From: Verrucomicrobiales bacterium
GTDB taxonomy: Bacteria > Verrucomicrobiota > Verrucomicrobiia > Verrucomicrobiales > SLCJ01
Direction: 5' to 3'
Assembly (NCBI GenBank): GCA_046075565.1
Contig: JBJTQJ010000082.1
Coordinates: 32,001 to 96,000 of the forward strand
Length of the DNA stretch: 64,000 bases
The notes under the pieces were generated by a model, which made no database searches, was not told where the DNA came from, and was given only the letters and a program-made list of their open reading frames with translations. Both the position numbers and the translations under genes were made by a program. Of this stretch, positions 36,718 through 47,992 are shown in pieces (the stretch's first letter is position 1; every line of letters starts with the position of its first letter).

Positions 36718-38667
36718 TCAGCCTTCCGGATTCTGCTGTAGGGCGGCAATCGCTCCGAAATCCTCCAAGGTCGTGGTGTCTCCGGATACCGATCCGGTGG
36801 CACAGATTTCCTTGAGCAGGCGGCGCATGATTTTACCCGAGCGGGTTTTCGGCAAGGCACCGGCGAAACGGATGTCGTCCGGTTTGGCGATGGCGCCGAT
36901 GGCTTTGCCAACATGGCTCTTCAGTTCGGCGGCCAGCGCGTCGGAAGATTCGAACCCACCCTTGAGGGTGACAAATGCGACCACTCCCTGACCTTTGATC
37001 TCATCCGGGCGACCAACCACCGCGGCTTCGGCCACGGCCGGGTGGGAAACAAGGGCGCTTTCCACCTCCGCCGTGCCCAAACGATGCCCGGCGACATTGA
37101 GCACGTCGTCCAGACGCCCGACGATCCAGAAATTGCCGAACTCGTCACGGCGCGCACCATCACCGGCGAGATAGATGCCGGGATATTCCGACCAATAGGC
37201 ATCGCGGAAACGTTGCGGATCCCCATGGATACCGCGCAACATGGACGGCCACGGGCGGCGGATGACCAGCTTGCCTCCTTCGTTTGGCGCGCATTCGCGT
37301 CCGGTCTCATCGACGATGGCGGCATCCACACCGAAGAATGGCAAGGTCGCGGTGCCGGGTTTGATCGGTGTCGCGCCGGGCAGCGGGGTGATCATGATTG
37401 CTCCCGTCTCGGTCTGCCACCACGTATCGACGATCGGGCAACGTCCGCCGCCGATCTTGCGGTGGTACCACATCCATGCTTCCGGGTTGATCGGTTCGCC
37501 GACGGAGCCGAGCAATCGTAGCGAACTGAGATCGTGTTTGTCCACGAATTCATCGCCCGCTTTGATGAAGGCACGGATGGCGGTCGGGGCGGTGTAGAAA
37601 ATGGTTGCCTTGTATTTCTCGATGATCTGCCAGAACCGGGAGAAGTCGGGATGGTTCGGCGCGCCCTCGTAAATGATCTGAGTCACTCCATTGGCGAGCG
37701 GACCGTAGACGATATAACTATGTCCGGTGATCCATCCGATATCAGCCGTGCACCAATAGACATCATTCTCGCGCATATCGAAGACATACTTGCAGGTCGT
37801 GTAGGTGCCGACCATGTAGCCGCCCGTCGTGTGCATGATGCCCTTTGGTTTGCCGGTCGAACCTGAAGTGTAGAGAATGAACAGCGGGTGTTCGGCGTCG
37901 AATCCCTCGGCCGGGCAGACATCCGGTTGCGCCGCCATTTCTTCTTCCAGCCAATGGTCTCGGCCTTCCACCATGGTCACGTTGTTCCCGCAACGTTTGC
38001 TCACGAAAACATTGGCCACGCCCGGATGTTTCGCCAGGGCTTCATCCACATTCGCCTTCAGTTCAACCACTTTCCCACGCCGCCATCCGCCATCCGCTGT
38101 GATCACCGCGACAGCCTGCGAATCCTCCAGGCGATCCTTGATCGAATCGGAGGAGAACCCGCCGAAGACCACCGAATGCACCGCGCCAATGCGCGCACAC
38201 GCCAACATCGCGGCCACCGCCTCCGGCACCATCGGCATGTAAATCAAAACCCTCTCGCCGGAGCGGATGCCGCGCGCCTTGAGAGCATTTGCCAGACGGC
38301 ACGTCATGGCCAGCAACTCGCGATAGGTCACCTCGCGGGTATCACCTGGTTCACCTTCCCAAAGCAAGGCGACCTTGTCTCCGCGGCCGGCCTCGACATG
38401 GCGGTCCAGGCAGCTCTGGGTGATATTGACCTTCGCGCCGGTGAACCATTTCGCGTCCGGGGCACTCCATTCGCAGACATTTTCCCACGGCTGCTGCCAA
38501 TAAAGTTCCGAGGCCTCCCGCTTCCAGAAAGCATCGGGATTTTCCAACGACTCGCGGTGCATCTCACGGTATTGCTCGATGCTTCCGATCCGGGCGCGGG
38601 CGCTGAAATCGGCGGGCGGGGCAAAGACGCGGTCTTCCTGAAGGTGGGATTGGATGGATTGGCTCAT
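36718..38667 (-). CDS. acs: Acetyl-CoA synthetase
   Basis: [53 protein letters not shown]. Confidence 0.97.
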   Translation of the reverse strand: MSQSIQSHLQEDRVFAPPADFSARARIGSIEQYREMHRESLENPDAFWKREASELYWQQPWENVCEWSAPDAKWFTGAKVNITQSCLDRHVEAGRGDKVALLWEGEPGDTREVTYRELLAMTCRLANALKARGIRSGERVLIYMPMVPEAVAAMLACARIGAVHSVVFGGFSSDSIKDRLEDSQAVAVITADGGWRRGKVVELKANVDEALAKHPGVANVFVSKRCGNNVTMVEGRDHWLEEEMAAQPDVCPAEGFDAEHPLFILYTSGSTGKPKGIMHTTGGYMVGTYTTCKYVFDMRENDVYWCTADIGWITGHSYIVYGPLANGVTQIIYEGAPNHPDFSRFWQIIEKYKATIFYTAPTAIRAFIKAGDEFVDKHDLSSLRLLGSVGEPINPEAWMWYHRKIGGGRCPIVDTWWQTETGAIMITPLPGATPIKPGTATLPFFGVDAAIVDETGRECAPNEGGKLVIRRPWPSMLRGIHGDPQRFRDAYWSEYPGIYLAGDGARRDEFGNFWIVGRLDDVLNVAGHRLGTAEVESALVSHPAVAEAAVVGRPDEIKGQGVVAFVTLKGGFESSDALAAELKSHVGKAIGAIAKPDDIRFAGALPKTRSGKIMRRLLKEICATGSVSGDTTTLEDFGAIAALQQNPEG

Positions 38668-38798
38668 GGTGGTATCCGGGGAATCGAAGGGGGCCGGGTG
38701 GCGAGAGCGGAGACGCTACCAAGGACCCGGGGGGGCAGGCAATACGAATTTTCGGTCGTCGAAAAATCCCCGCGGCTCCGGATTTTCTCCGGTGACCC

Positions 38799-41225
38799 TC
38801 ACGATTTCGCCGGTTCCGGCACCGCGTCTCCGGAAGGTCGGCGATGGGCAAGGGCCCACCAGGCCGGGAGGACGAGCAGGGCGGTGGAAAGGGCGATGAG
38901 AATACCGATACAGGAAATGCGCCCGAAGGAAGCGAGCCCCGGGTCGGCCGCCTGGGTAAGTGTGCCGAATCCGACGGCGGTGGTTACCCCGCAGAAGACG
39001 AGGGCCTTGCCGGTGCCTATCCAGAGGCGGTGGCGGTCGCCGTTGTAACGCCGCAGGGCCAGCAGCACATGGATGGCGTAGTCAATCCCGGTCCCCAACA
39101 AAACGGGCAGGGCGGCGAGGTTCTGGAAAGTCCATGGCTGGTCGATGGCCACCATCACCGCTCCGAGCACCAGACCGCAGAAAAGAAGATAGCCAAGGGA
39201 TAGGAGTAAGTCCCTGCGGTTGCGGAACATCACCGCCAACATCGCCAAGAGAATCGCCACCGTGGGCAGCACCACGACCCGCACATCGCGCAGCATGAGG
39301 GGTTTGATGCTCGATTGCAGGGTCTGCCAGGCGGCGAGATAGACGCCCGGCTGGTTGATCGGAGCCAAATCCTCGAAATCGCGATCCTTCATCGCCTCGT
39401 AGTCGGCGGGCAGGAGGCTGCCAGCCAGCACATGCGAGTCCTCGTCGCGGGCGAGGAAACGACCGAGCAGCGCCTTGGCCGCCTCGGATTCGGGGAAAGC
39501 CGTTCCGCCTTTGTTGATTTCTCCCGCGAAGCGGGACCAGGCATCGCAAATCGCTCCTGTCAGGGCCGAGCCTTCTTCGCTGAACCCGGCCTCCGAGGCC
39601 GCGGCGAGCAGGGAATCCTTGCGGGCGGCCACGGCGGCGAGCGAGGTTGCGGCGGCGCGCTGGTAATCGGGCTGCGGCCAGAGGGCAGCCGGCACGGTGG
39701 CGGCTTCGAGTTTCCCTTCGGCCTGGAGCTGGCGGATGGCCGATTCGGCACGGCCGAGCGCGGCCCGCAGCTCTTCGTCATTTTTTCCCTCGACCAGCAC
39801 GGGGAAATTGCCCTCGCCCCAGGCAGGCAACGACGACTGGATGTCGCGGAACACCTTCATGGCATTCAAGCGCGATTCCGGCAACTGGCTGAGGTGGTAA
39901 GAAAGCTTCGGAAGCCCGGAAATGGCAAAAATGGCCAGGCTGGCCACCGCTCCCGCCACGGTGAGTTTGCCCCCGTGCAACATCCACCACGGCGCGGGTT
40001 TGCCGTCGTCCACCCGCAAGTCGGGTTTGGTATGGCCGGCAGCCAGCAGCGGGACGAAAACAAAAAGCGTAACCAGGGCAGCCACGGCGATGCCAATCGC
40101 CACGAGATTCCCGAGCTGGGCGATGCCCGGGAAGGCGGAAAGATTCAACACGAGGAAAACCGACGCGGTCGTGGCGGCCGCCCACAGGATCGAAGCACCA
40201 ATACGCCGCCGCAAGGATCGGGCATCTCCTCCAAAGGACGCATGGTATTGGGCGGCCAAGACGCCGTAATCGGCCGCCAGCCCCATTAGAATGGCCGCAA
40301 AGCCGATGCTCATGATGCTCAACTCGTCGAAAACCGTCCCGCCAATGGCCAGCGTGGTCGCGAATGTCAGCGTCAAGCAAACCACAAGAAATAATAAATG
40401 CCGGAAATTCCGCTGGATGGCCCAGAACAACAAAGCGATGACAATGCCCGTCAGAATGGTGCTGCCGCCCAGATCCTTCTCCATGACCGCAGCCACTTCC
40501 GACTTATAAGGAGCCTCGCCCGTGATCCCGTGGCGTATCGCGGCGCGCTCCGGGGCGGCGGCTTTCCATTTTGTCACATAAGCCTCCAGTTCGGCAATCC
40601 ACGCCGCGTCTTCCTTGTAGCTCGTATGCACTTTCGGCGCGACGAGGAACACCAACCGCATGGTCCCGTCCGGCGATGAGAATTCATCCCCCTGCGGGGC
40701 ATTGCGCATCAGGGTCTCCAGAAAAGGATGGGAGAAAAATCCAAAGGGATCGTATTGCTCCTGCATCGCGCCGGCCCCGGTGAATTCGCCACCGCTGATC
40801 CGCTCGATGGCTTCCGCGAGGGTCGTCGGAGCCTGCTCCGGGGTCATCTTTTCCAGCAGCGGCTTGGTGATCTCCGGCGGACTATTCATCCACAAGTAAG
40901 CCAGGGTCTCGGAAAGAGCGGCCGGATCTTCGAAGGCATCACTGCGCCACTCGACCTTGGACGCCAGCCCATCCCTCTTCAGGTCGGTAGCCAGAGCCTC
41001 GATCTGCTTCTTGAGCGCCGCCGGGTCGGAGTGCCTGAGCGCGATCACCAGGTCCCTCCGCTGATTGAAATGCTCGCGGTAAAGGCTCAGCGCCTTCACG
41101 TTCGGCAACTCGGCCGGCAACACATCCAGGATATCAACATTGAATGAAATCCGCGAAACCCCGAAGACCGCGAGCAGCACGGCCGCGATGATGATGAGCA
41201 GGAGTCGGGGCAGGGATTGTTTCAC
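38799..41225 (-). CDS. MMPL/RND-family lipid exporter
   Basis: Two TM clusters separated by large periplasmic domains; GL..DY and G.GIDY motifs; GTG start. Confidence 0.85.
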   Translation of the reverse strand: MKQSLPRLLLIIIAAVLLAVFGVSRISFNVDILDVLPAELPNVKALSLYREHFNQRRDLVIALRHSDPAALKKQIEALATDLKRDGLASKVEWRSDAFEDPAALSETLAYLWMNSPPEITKPLLEKMTPEQAPTTLAEAIERISGGEFTGAGAMQEQYDPFGFFSHPFLETLMRNAPQGDEFSSPDGTMRLVFLVAPKVHTSYKEDAAWIAELEAYVTKWKAAAPERAAIRHGITGEAPYKSEVAAVMEKDLGGSTILTGIVIALLFWAIQRNFRHLLFLVVCLTLTFATTLAIGGTVFDELSIMSIGFAAILMGLAADYGVLAAQYHASFGGDARSLRRRIGASILWAAATTASVFLVLNLSAFPGIAQLGNLVAIGIAVAALVTLFVFVPLLAAGHTKPDLRVDDGKPAPWWMLHGGKLTVAGAVASLAIFAISGLPKLSYHLSQLPESRLNAMKVFRDIQSSLPAWGEGNFPVLVEGKNDEELRAALGRAESAIRQLQAEGKLEAATVPAALWPQPDYQRAAATSLAAVAARKDSLLAAASEAGFSEEGSALTGAICDAWSRFAGEINKGGTAFPESEAAKALLGRFLARDEDSHVLAGSLLPADYEAMKDRDFEDLAPINQPGVYLAAWQTLQSSIKPLMLRDVRVVVLPTVAILLAMLAVMFRNRRDLLLSLGYLLFCGLVLGAVMVAIDQPWTFQNLAALPVLLGTGIDYAIHVLLALRRYNGDRHRLWIGTGKALVFCGVTTAVGFGTLTQAADPGLASFGRISCIGILIALSTALLVLPAWWALAHRRPSGDAVPEPAKS

Positions 41226-41292
41226 GGGTCCTTGGGGGCGGCAAACTGTGGGACCGGCGAGAGATGTTCACAAGCCGAAACGTCTTGGGATT

Positions 41293-41525
41293 GGATTGAA
41301 GATTGACGATTGCCGATTTCTTGAAAAACCGGAGGTGCCAAGGAGAAACACGCAGAAATTCGTCAATCCTCCGTGCGGAGCATGACCCTGCATCGCTCGG
41401 CGATGTCTTCCCCGTTGGAGTTCGGGCTTCAGCCCGCAATGCAGTTTCACTGACCATTGAAGACTGCAAATTGCAGATTTTCGATTTCCTGAAGCCACTG
41501 AATAGCCGAGGAGCAACTCACAGAA
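41293..41525. repeat. Second copy of the composite heptamer-element + REP repeat, followed by a partial further heptamer module
   Basis: Colinear with 11396-11570 (GCATCGCTCGGCG..CCCGTTGGAGTTCGGGCTTCAGCCCG shared). Confidence 0.8.
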
Positions 41526-41548
41526 AATAATAACCTTGAAGGAAAATG

Positions 41549-41679
41549 AACCACGGATAGGCACGGATAAAACACGGATACTCAGAGACCTCGGTGGACT
41601 TGGAGTTCTCACCCGGCGGGCAGGAATCAACTTCTTCATAATCCATTCATAATCCGTGGATTCCGTGTCATCCGTGGTT
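41549..41679. mobile_element. Gene-less CACGGAT tandem-ended inverted-repeat element
   Basis: Left AACCACGGATAGGCACGGATAAAACACGGAT; right ATCCGTGGATTCCGTGTCATCCGTGGTT. Confidence 0.7.
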
Positions 41680-41935
41680 ACCCATTTCCGAGTCCAGCTA
41701 TGCACCCCGCCAAACCCCACCGCGGAGAGCCGGCTGGGACGCCGCTGGCTGGTCGAACGAGTGATATCAGCCACGCACTTCCAACCAAGGCGTCAACTAG
41801 AAATCGGCTGATATAAGCACGACCTAGATGAAATCTCTTTGATTTCCAACGTGTTTTTGTATTCAATGCCGGGAGAATCCCCGCTGGATAGCATTCGGTG
41901 GGATACTACGAATAAATACTGTTCACCTTCTAGCC

Positions 41936-42289
41936 ATGGAACCCGCTTTCATCATCGGATTCATCATTCTTGCAATCGTTATTCGTCTTTTCGCAGGGTC
42001 GTTTGATGGCGAGCGCGTTGAGCGGTATGTCCGGGAGATGGGCTGCGAACTTATCGACAAGAGTTGGGATCCCTTTGGTCCCGGATGGTTTGGAGAGCAG
42101 GACTCACGGATTTATGAGATTGTCTATCGGGATCGCGATGGAAGAGTCCACCGGGCACATGTGAAGACAGCCCTACTGAGCGGCGCATACCTGACGAATG
42201 ATAGAATTGTGGAGGATAGACCCAGGCGATCCGTGGAGGAAGAAAAAGCAGATCTTCGGAGGCGTTTGGCCGAACTCGAGAACAAATAA
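41936..42289 (+). CDS. Hypothetical protein (N-terminal TM, C-terminal short coiled coil)
   Basis: Clean ATG-TAA ORF in a lower-GC stretch. Confidence 0.7.
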   Translation: MEPAFIIGFIILAIVIRLFAGSFDGERVERYVREMGCELIDKSWDPFGPGWFGEQDSRIYEIVYRDRDGRVHRAHVKTALLSGAYLTNDRIVEDRPRRSVEEEKADLRRRLAELENK

Positions 42290-42436
42290 CAAAGGCCAGG
42301 TTCAAGCGCGAAGTGCAACAGAGTGAAGTTTACTAGAAGAGCCCTTTCGGCAGCCGTCGCCAACACCCGACGAGACCCGCGACATTCCACCCTGTGGGTG
42401 ATTCGACGATATCATAACCCAACAGAACCAAAAATC

Positions 42437-43162
42437 ATGCCCAAGCCAACTCCACCAACGGCAAGTGCATCCGAAGTGCTCGCCCTGCTGGAGGCCGAGA
42501 GCGATGAGCGTGGCGTGAGGCACTGGGAAAAGCTGGGCATAGAAACCGCCGGGATGAGGAGCTATGGGATCGGGCTCACGCGTCTGCGCGAGCTGGCGAA
42601 GCGGATTGGCCGGAACAGGGATCTGGCAATCGCGCTGTGGAAGACCGACGTCTATGACGCAAAGGTCATCTCATTGCAGATCGACGACCCCGCCCTAATC
42701 ACACGCGAGCAGGCAGAGAGGCAGGTCGATCAACTGGCTGGTGGCATGCTGGCCCATGTTTTTGCCTCCTGCGACGCAACACTGGCGAAGACGTCGTTCG
42801 TAGTGGAGCTCGCCGGCCTGTGGATAAGAAGCGCCGACCCGATTCGACGGGCATGCGGTTACGGCCTGCTCTACGAAGCTTCGAAGTTCTCCGGGAAAAA
42901 GGCGCCTAACGAAGAGTTTTTCCTCGCCCAAATCAAGCATATGGAGGAGAAGATTCATGGCGAGCCGGAGAATGTCCGCCTCGCAATGGGGGCGGCGCTG
43001 ATGGGCATGGGGAAACGCAGTGCCACGTTAAACAAGGCCGCCTTGAAGCTTGCGTTGGAGGTGGGACCGATCGAGTTCTCTTCCGCAAGCGGCAAGTGTG
43101 AGCCGTTCGACGTCGCGAAGCATTTGACCACGGATCGACTGAAGGAGAAGCTGGGGCTGTAG
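42437..43162 (+). CDS. DNA alkylation repair protein (AlkD-like HEAT-repeat family)
   Basis: YGIGLT.LR.LAK.IG.N..LA..LW....YDA pattern; W....D...R..GY. Confidence 0.8.
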   Translation: MPKPTPPTASASEVLALLEAESDERGVRHWEKLGIETAGMRSYGIGLTRLRELAKRIGRNRDLAIALWKTDVYDAKVISLQIDDPALITREQAERQVDQLAGGMLAHVFASCDATLAKTSFVVELAGLWIRSADPIRRACGYGLLYEASKFSGKKAPNEEFFLAQIKHMEEKIHGEPENVRLAMGAALMGMGKRSATLNKAALKLALEVGPIEFSSASGKCEPFDVAKHLTTDRLKEKLGL

Positions 43163-43298
43163 CGATGATGCTAAGCTTGGGTTCCTTTGTGTCCATTGGT
43201 GGTTTTTGAACGATGCGGGAAGCTTCCCGGCGGGTTCCCAGGTTGTTGGCGCTTGCAACCGTGGACCCTGAAGACGACGGTGCGGATATCGCCACCCG

Positions 43299-43685
43299 AT
43301 GTCCGAAACCACCTCCAGCCTTGATTTCCTTTACAGCCGCATGGGTGCGGAAAAGATTGCGGCCATGGTGGCGGCATTCTACCGGCGCGTGCCCGGTGAT
43401 GATTTGCTCGGGCCGATGTATCCCGGTGACGACCTCGATGGAGCGGAGAAACGTTTGCGTGATTTCCTCGTCTTCAGGTTGGGTGGTCCGCAAACGTACC
43501 TCGAGGAACGTGGTCACCCGCGGTTGCGGATGCGCCATGCGCCGTTTTCGATTGGCGAGCCGGAACGGGATCGCTGGCTGGAGTTGATGGACGCGGCCAT
43601 GGCGGAAGCGGGAGTTGATCCCGCACACGTGGCCGTGCTGCGCCCGTTTTTCGCGCAGATCGCCGATTTCATGAGGAACCGGTGA
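43299..43685 (+). CDS. Group II truncated hemoglobin (trHbO-like globin)
   Basis: FY.RV..D..L.PMY, F....LGGP..Y...RGHPRLRMRH, ERDRWL..M. Confidence 0.93.
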   Translation: MSETTSSLDFLYSRMGAEKIAAMVAAFYRRVPGDDLLGPMYPGDDLDGAEKRLRDFLVFRLGGPQTYLEERGHPRLRMRHAPFSIGEPERDRWLELMDAAMAEAGVDPAHVAVLRPFFAQIADFMRNR

Positions 43686-43697
43686 TCTCGCGGCCTT

Positions 43698-44231
43698 TCA
43701 CTCGGTTTTCACCGTGAACCTCACGCCGCGGCCGGTCATCCAAGAGCGGTTCACACTTTGGAAGAGGGCTTCGAGATTCTCCTTATTGTTGAGGCGGAAC
43801 TCGATGGTATGGGCGTGAGTGGAGTGCGGGTAATTTTTGACCACGAGGCGATCGGTTTGGTTGGCCCCGGTGCGTTCCTTGACCGTATCAATGGTATCCT
43901 GGATGCGGCGGTTGACCGTCTGTCCAGTGGCACTTGGCACATCGGGGCGATAGGGTTCGCCGTAGTAAAAGCGGGCGATGGCCGTTCCGACCGTATCCAC
44001 GGTCACTTCCGTGACGACGAATCCGCCATCGACGAGGTATTCGTGTTTGCCGACCGAGGTGATGCGGTCGAGGGCGACGACGTAGGCGCCGCCGGGTAGC
44101 TCGGCCTGCCAGAAGCGGCGGTTGTTGTCGGATTCGGAGGATTGGTTGTTTGGGGCTCCGCCTTCATCCTGGGCCAAGGCGGCCATTGGACTGAGGCAAA
44201 GCAAAAGGGCGAAGAGGTGGCTTGTTTTCAT
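43698..44231 (-). CDS. Hypothetical secreted protein
   Basis: Signal peptide ending ALA-Q; host-like codon usage. Confidence 0.75.
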   Translation of the reverse strand: MKTSHLFALLLCLSPMAALAQDEGGAPNNQSSESDNNRRFWQAELPGGAYVVALDRITSVGKHEYLVDGGFVVTEVTVDTVGTAIARFYYGEPYRPDVPSATGQTVNRRIQDTIDTVKERTGANQTDRLVVKNYPHSTHAHTIEFRLNNKENLEALFQSVNRSWMTGRGVRFTVKTE

Positions 44232-44414
44232 AATGGTGAGTATGCGCTAAAGCTACGGGGGTCGCCAAGGCCGAAATTTCGTCTTCTTTTCCGTGGAATC
44301 CTCCCCGGAAAGAGACGGACAGACGGACGAACCGGTCTCCGGCGCTTGTGAATGAACCCCGATGCGGGCCGGGAGTTGTCATTTTTCCCGTCCGGCATTA
44401 GGATAGATTTCCCT

Positions 44415-45380
44415 ATGGACTCCCGACTCCACGCCATTCTTTGCGCCGCCGCCCTCAGTGGGGCGGGAATCCTTCGTGCCCAAGAAGCGGCGGAAGAACC
44501 CCAAGACCCTCCTGCTGAACAGGTGGAAATCGAGATCGTGCCGATTCCAGACCCGGAAAAGATGGAAAAGGCCGAGCCGCCCGCCGAGGCTCCCGAAGCC
44601 GGGAAAAAAAAGGACGATAAGAAGGAGGAACCTGCGGAAAAGGAACCCGATCCGGAGGTGAAAAAGGACGCGCCGAAGCCGGTGCCGGAAGCTCCCGCGA
44701 AAAAGCCGAATCCGCGGGAAGAGGCGCGCGCCAAAACGAAGGCCGCCGCCGAAGCCGATCTGGCGATGGTCGATGGCGCGCCTCTGGCCGAGCTCGTTCC
44801 GTTGCTCGGTCACGAGCGCTTCCGCGTGCGCGAGCGCGCCCAAAAACGCCTTGTCGAGCAACTCGGCGACCAAGCCGATGCCATCGGCGATCTCTGCTAC
44901 GGGGCATACTCGTCCGGGCGCGACCCCGAGATCCGCATGCGCTCCCGGGCCGTCCTGCTCGACCTCGTGCAACGCTCCTCCGGCACGGGCAAACGTGGCT
45001 TCGTCGGCATCGGACTTTTGCTGCACGCGTTCTTCGACAAAAATGGCGAGGTGAATTTCGCCATCCGCGTTTCCGAAGTTCGTCCCGACACTCCGGCGCA
45101 GAAGGCCGGTTTGAAAGTCGATGATATCATCACGGGTATCGACAATACCGTGCTGGCGGACAAAGATGCGACACAACGGTTCATGGATATCGTCGGTGGC
45201 ATGCCGCCGGGTCGCGAGGTGACGATTAAATACCGCCGCGATGGCAAGGATGCGGAGGTAAAACTGAATCTGATGGCCCGTCCGGATCTTCCGGAAGACA
45301 TGAATCGACCAAAAACCGATCCCGAGAAGTTGCTACGCGAGTGGCTCGACGCGCGGAAAAAACCGGCGAGCGAACCGTGA
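44415..45380 (+). CDS. Secreted PDZ-domain protein with P/E/K-rich linker and HEAT-like repeat
   Basis: GFVGI...V.PDTPA.KAGL.V.DII..ID (PDZ); F.VRE.A and DPEIR.R helical repeat. Confidence 0.82.
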   Translation: MDSRLHAILCAAALSGAGILRAQEAAEEPQDPPAEQVEIEIVPIPDPEKMEKAEPPAEAPEAGKKKDDKKEEPAEKEPDPEVKKDAPKPVPEAPAKKPNPREEARAKTKAAAEADLAMVDGAPLAELVPLLGHERFRVRERAQKRLVEQLGDQADAIGDLCYGAYSSGRDPEIRMRSRAVLLDLVQRSSGTGKRGFVGIGLLLHAFFDKNGEVNFAIRVSEVRPDTPAQKAGLKVDDIITGIDNTVLADKDATQRFMDIVGGMPPGREVTIKYRRDGKDAEVKLNLMARPDLPEDMNRPKTDPEKLLREWLDARKKPASEP

Positions 45381-45389
45381 GGGGACCCA

Positions 45390-47924
45390 TCAATTCCCGT
45401 CCCGCCCGGGCAAGGGAAGCTTCGGCAGCGGAATCTTGGGGATGGGCAGCTTCGGGATGCGGAGCGGTTTCCACTCCGGTTTCCCCAATGTGCCTTCGCA
45501 TTTGTATTCGAAGATGTAGCTAAAGATCACGGTGGCGACCTCGGCGATCCCGCGGGCATTGAAGCGCGCGAAAAACTCGACGCCATTCGTGGGCAAATGG
45601 ATGGTGCCGCGACCATCCATCTTGAAGGCGGGTGTCATGGCGGTGAAGTCTTCCGTCGTCAGGACTCCTTGGCGCACGGTGGCGGTGGCGGTGGCGGTGC
45701 TGGCCACACTGTAGCCGATGCCGCGCTCGGGCAAGACGGCTTCGATCAGTGGTGAAAGCGGTCCGAAGAGAGGAATGGAAAACAGGTCGCCATTGACCAG
45801 CTTCATCGATCCCTCGGCATCCAGTGTGTTCAGGGTCGCATCGGCGCAGGTGAATGTGGCGATCACATCGAGCGTGCCTTTGGCGTCGTCGGGACGATCG
45901 CTGAAAAGGCGCATGAGCTGTTGGTAGCCGATATCTTTGAGCATGATTTTGCCACTCGATGAAATCTTCTCCGAACCGAGGTTGTCGAAGCGGAGATTGC
46001 CGGATACGCGGCCGCCATAACAAGAGGCCTCCACCACGGGAAGGATCGCGGAACGATCTTTCAGAGTGAGCATGGCCGAAGGAGACTGCAATGGCAGTTC
46101 TTTTCCGAAGGCGGGATAGAGCAACATCCCACGGCTGGCCATGGTCATGCGCAGATCGGATTTCGGGCCGGTGCGCCCGCCGAGCACGCCATCCACGGCG
46201 AGGTCGCCCGGATCAGAGAGTTTGAACTTCGGCACGGCACGGAGCGTTTGTGGGACGACAGCGGCGATGACGGTATGCGGCCAACCCTGGCAGCGCACTC
46301 CGTTGAATTCCGTTTGACCGAAGGGTGGGTGCAAGGTGATCGATTGCGCCGAGGCGACCGTCTCCGAGGTCGTGCGCGCGTCGGTGCCAATGCCGGTTGT
46401 CGCGCCGGCGGGGATTTTCACCAGCGCGTTTTCGAAGACTTGCTTTGTCTCGCGGATGGCCCATTTGCCCGTGGCCGAAGTGATGGGCACACCGTGGAAG
46501 CGGATGTCCCGTGCTTCGATATTCGTTTCCACCGCCCACGATTCCCGAACCTTGAAATTCCCGAGCACGGTGAAGCCCATCGCGCTCGTGCCATTGCCGC
46601 AATCGAACGCGGCCAGCAGGTCGCGAACAAAACCACGCGGCACCAGGGGCGCGACGGTTTCCGGATGCACGGTGCTTTGCCCGCGCGCGCGCAGCTCGTC
46701 ACCGTCGAGGAGAATGTCCGCCCGCAAGTCACCGCCTTCTTTTTGCCGGACGCGGAGGTCGCGCAGGAAAACCCGTTTGCCATCGGAAGCGATGTTGGCG
46801 GAGGCGAATTCGAAATGGTCGTCGCCCACTTGGCTGCGGCCGAGGGCGAACGAGCCGGTGAGCACGCCAATCGGACGCGCCAGTTCCTTGGAAAACGCCA
46901 GGCTCCCGCCCGCGGTCACGCGCGGTGGATCGACCAGACGAAAGAGCGGCCAATCGTTAGGCCACAAACGCTGCCGGGCCAGCTCCGGCAGCATGGCGGT
47001 CGATTCCACATTGAATCGCAACACTCCGGTCGAGCGGATGAAGTCCGCCTCCGCGCGGAACGCTCCACCCTCATCGCGGAATCGGATATCCTCCATCTGC
47101 AGCAGCCCATTGTCCCAATGACCGGACAAACGGATCTCGCGGGCTTCCATTTCTTCCCACGCGAGCTGCGGGGCCAGGAACGTGAATTCGAATCTGCCTT
47201 CTTCGAGCCGGCCGAGGTCGGCCATCGCGCGCACGCGCAGCTCGGCGGGTGCACCTTTGGGGACACGCAAGGGCGCGAGTCCCCGCAGGGCCTGCCGCAC
47301 GGCCAGCCGTTGGTCGTGGCGGACTCCCTGCCAGGTCTTCGGTTTGCCATCGGCTAGTTTTTTCGGATGGCGCACCAGCTCGCCGTTCAAGTTGACGCGG
47401 ACGCCGAGCAGCCGCCCGTTCAGTTCCTGGATTTCCACACTGTCCGCGGAGAACAACACCCGCGCGTTGCATTCGGATACCTCGAGGCGTTCGCCATCCG
47501 GTATTTCCGGATCCACCGGCAACGAAACCTTGGCGTCGCGCACCTTCAGGCTATTCAAATAGATCTCCTTCTGCATCAGGCGCGTCAAACTCACATCCAA
47601 ATCGATACGTGATATGTCCGCCAAGATGGTAGGCTCTCGCCGCGCCGTCACACCATCCGACCCGGGCCCGCCGTCGGGTGGGCGCGACGGATCCTGCGGC
47701 TCGTAAACGCGCACGTCCCTCGCCACCAGACCATGCAAGGGATCGATGGTCAATTTCCCGATGGAAATGTCGATTCCCTGCCGCGCGAATTCTTTCCGCA
47801 CCGCTTCTTTCCAGTGTTCCGCCAGTCCCGCGCTGGAAACGTGGATGCCAAGCCAGAGCCCCAGCCCGACAACGAGCAGGGCCGACCACATGGCGAGACG
47901 GCGGATGAAAAAAGAGAAAAGCAC
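45390..47924 (-). CDS. AsmA-like (bridge-like lipid transfer) protein
   Basis: Single N-terminal TM, long beta-rich body, and AsmA-like C-terminus (G.G.I.L...G.L..P.W). Start uncertain (GTG 47924 or ATG 47891). Confidence 0.75.
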   Translation of the reverse strand: MLFSFFIRRLAMWSALLVVGLGLWLGIHVSSAGLAEHWKEAVRKEFARQGIDISIGKLTIDPLHGLVARDVRVYEPQDPSRPPDGGPGSDGVTARREPTILADISRIDLDVSLTRLMQKEIYLNSLKVRDAKVSLPVDPEIPDGERLEVSECNARVLFSADSVEIQELNGRLLGVRVNLNGELVRHPKKLADGKPKTWQGVRHDQRLAVRQALRGLAPLRVPKGAPAELRVRAMADLGRLEEGRFEFTFLAPQLAWEEMEAREIRLSGHWDNGLLQMEDIRFRDEGGAFRAEADFIRSTGVLRFNVESTAMLPELARQRLWPNDWPLFRLVDPPRVTAGGSLAFSKELARPIGVLTGSFALGRSQVGDDHFEFASANIASDGKRVFLRDLRVRQKEGGDLRADILLDGDELRARGQSTVHPETVAPLVPRGFVRDLLAAFDCGNGTSAMGFTVLGNFKVRESWAVETNIEARDIRFHGVPITSATGKWAIRETKQVFENALVKIPAGATTGIGTDARTTSETVASAQSITLHPPFGQTEFNGVRCQGWPHTVIAAVVPQTLRAVPKFKLSDPGDLAVDGVLGGRTGPKSDLRMTMASRGMLLYPAFGKELPLQSPSAMLTLKDRSAILPVVEASCYGGRVSGNLRFDNLGSEKISSSGKIMLKDIGYQQLMRLFSDRPDDAKGTLDVIATFTCADATLNTLDAEGSMKLVNGDLFSIPLFGPLSPLIEAVLPERGIGYSVASTATATATVRQGVLTTEDFTAMTPAFKMDGRGTIHLPTNGVEFFARFNARGIAEVATVIFSYIFEYKCEGTLGKPEWKPLRIPKLPIPKIPLPKLPLPGRDGN

Positions 47925-47992
47925 GGACTCCGGGCAGTGTTCCCCGGCCCGGGCACTTGTCAAGCGCGCTCCTCGGGGCCATCGTAGCCGCC

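Noticed and set aside
41700-42436. Integron attC sites or group II intron remnants around the low-GC genes
   Set aside because: No convincing RYYYAAC..GTTRRRY paired boxes and no domain V hairpin (GAGCCG..GNRA..CGGTTC); only short chance matches.
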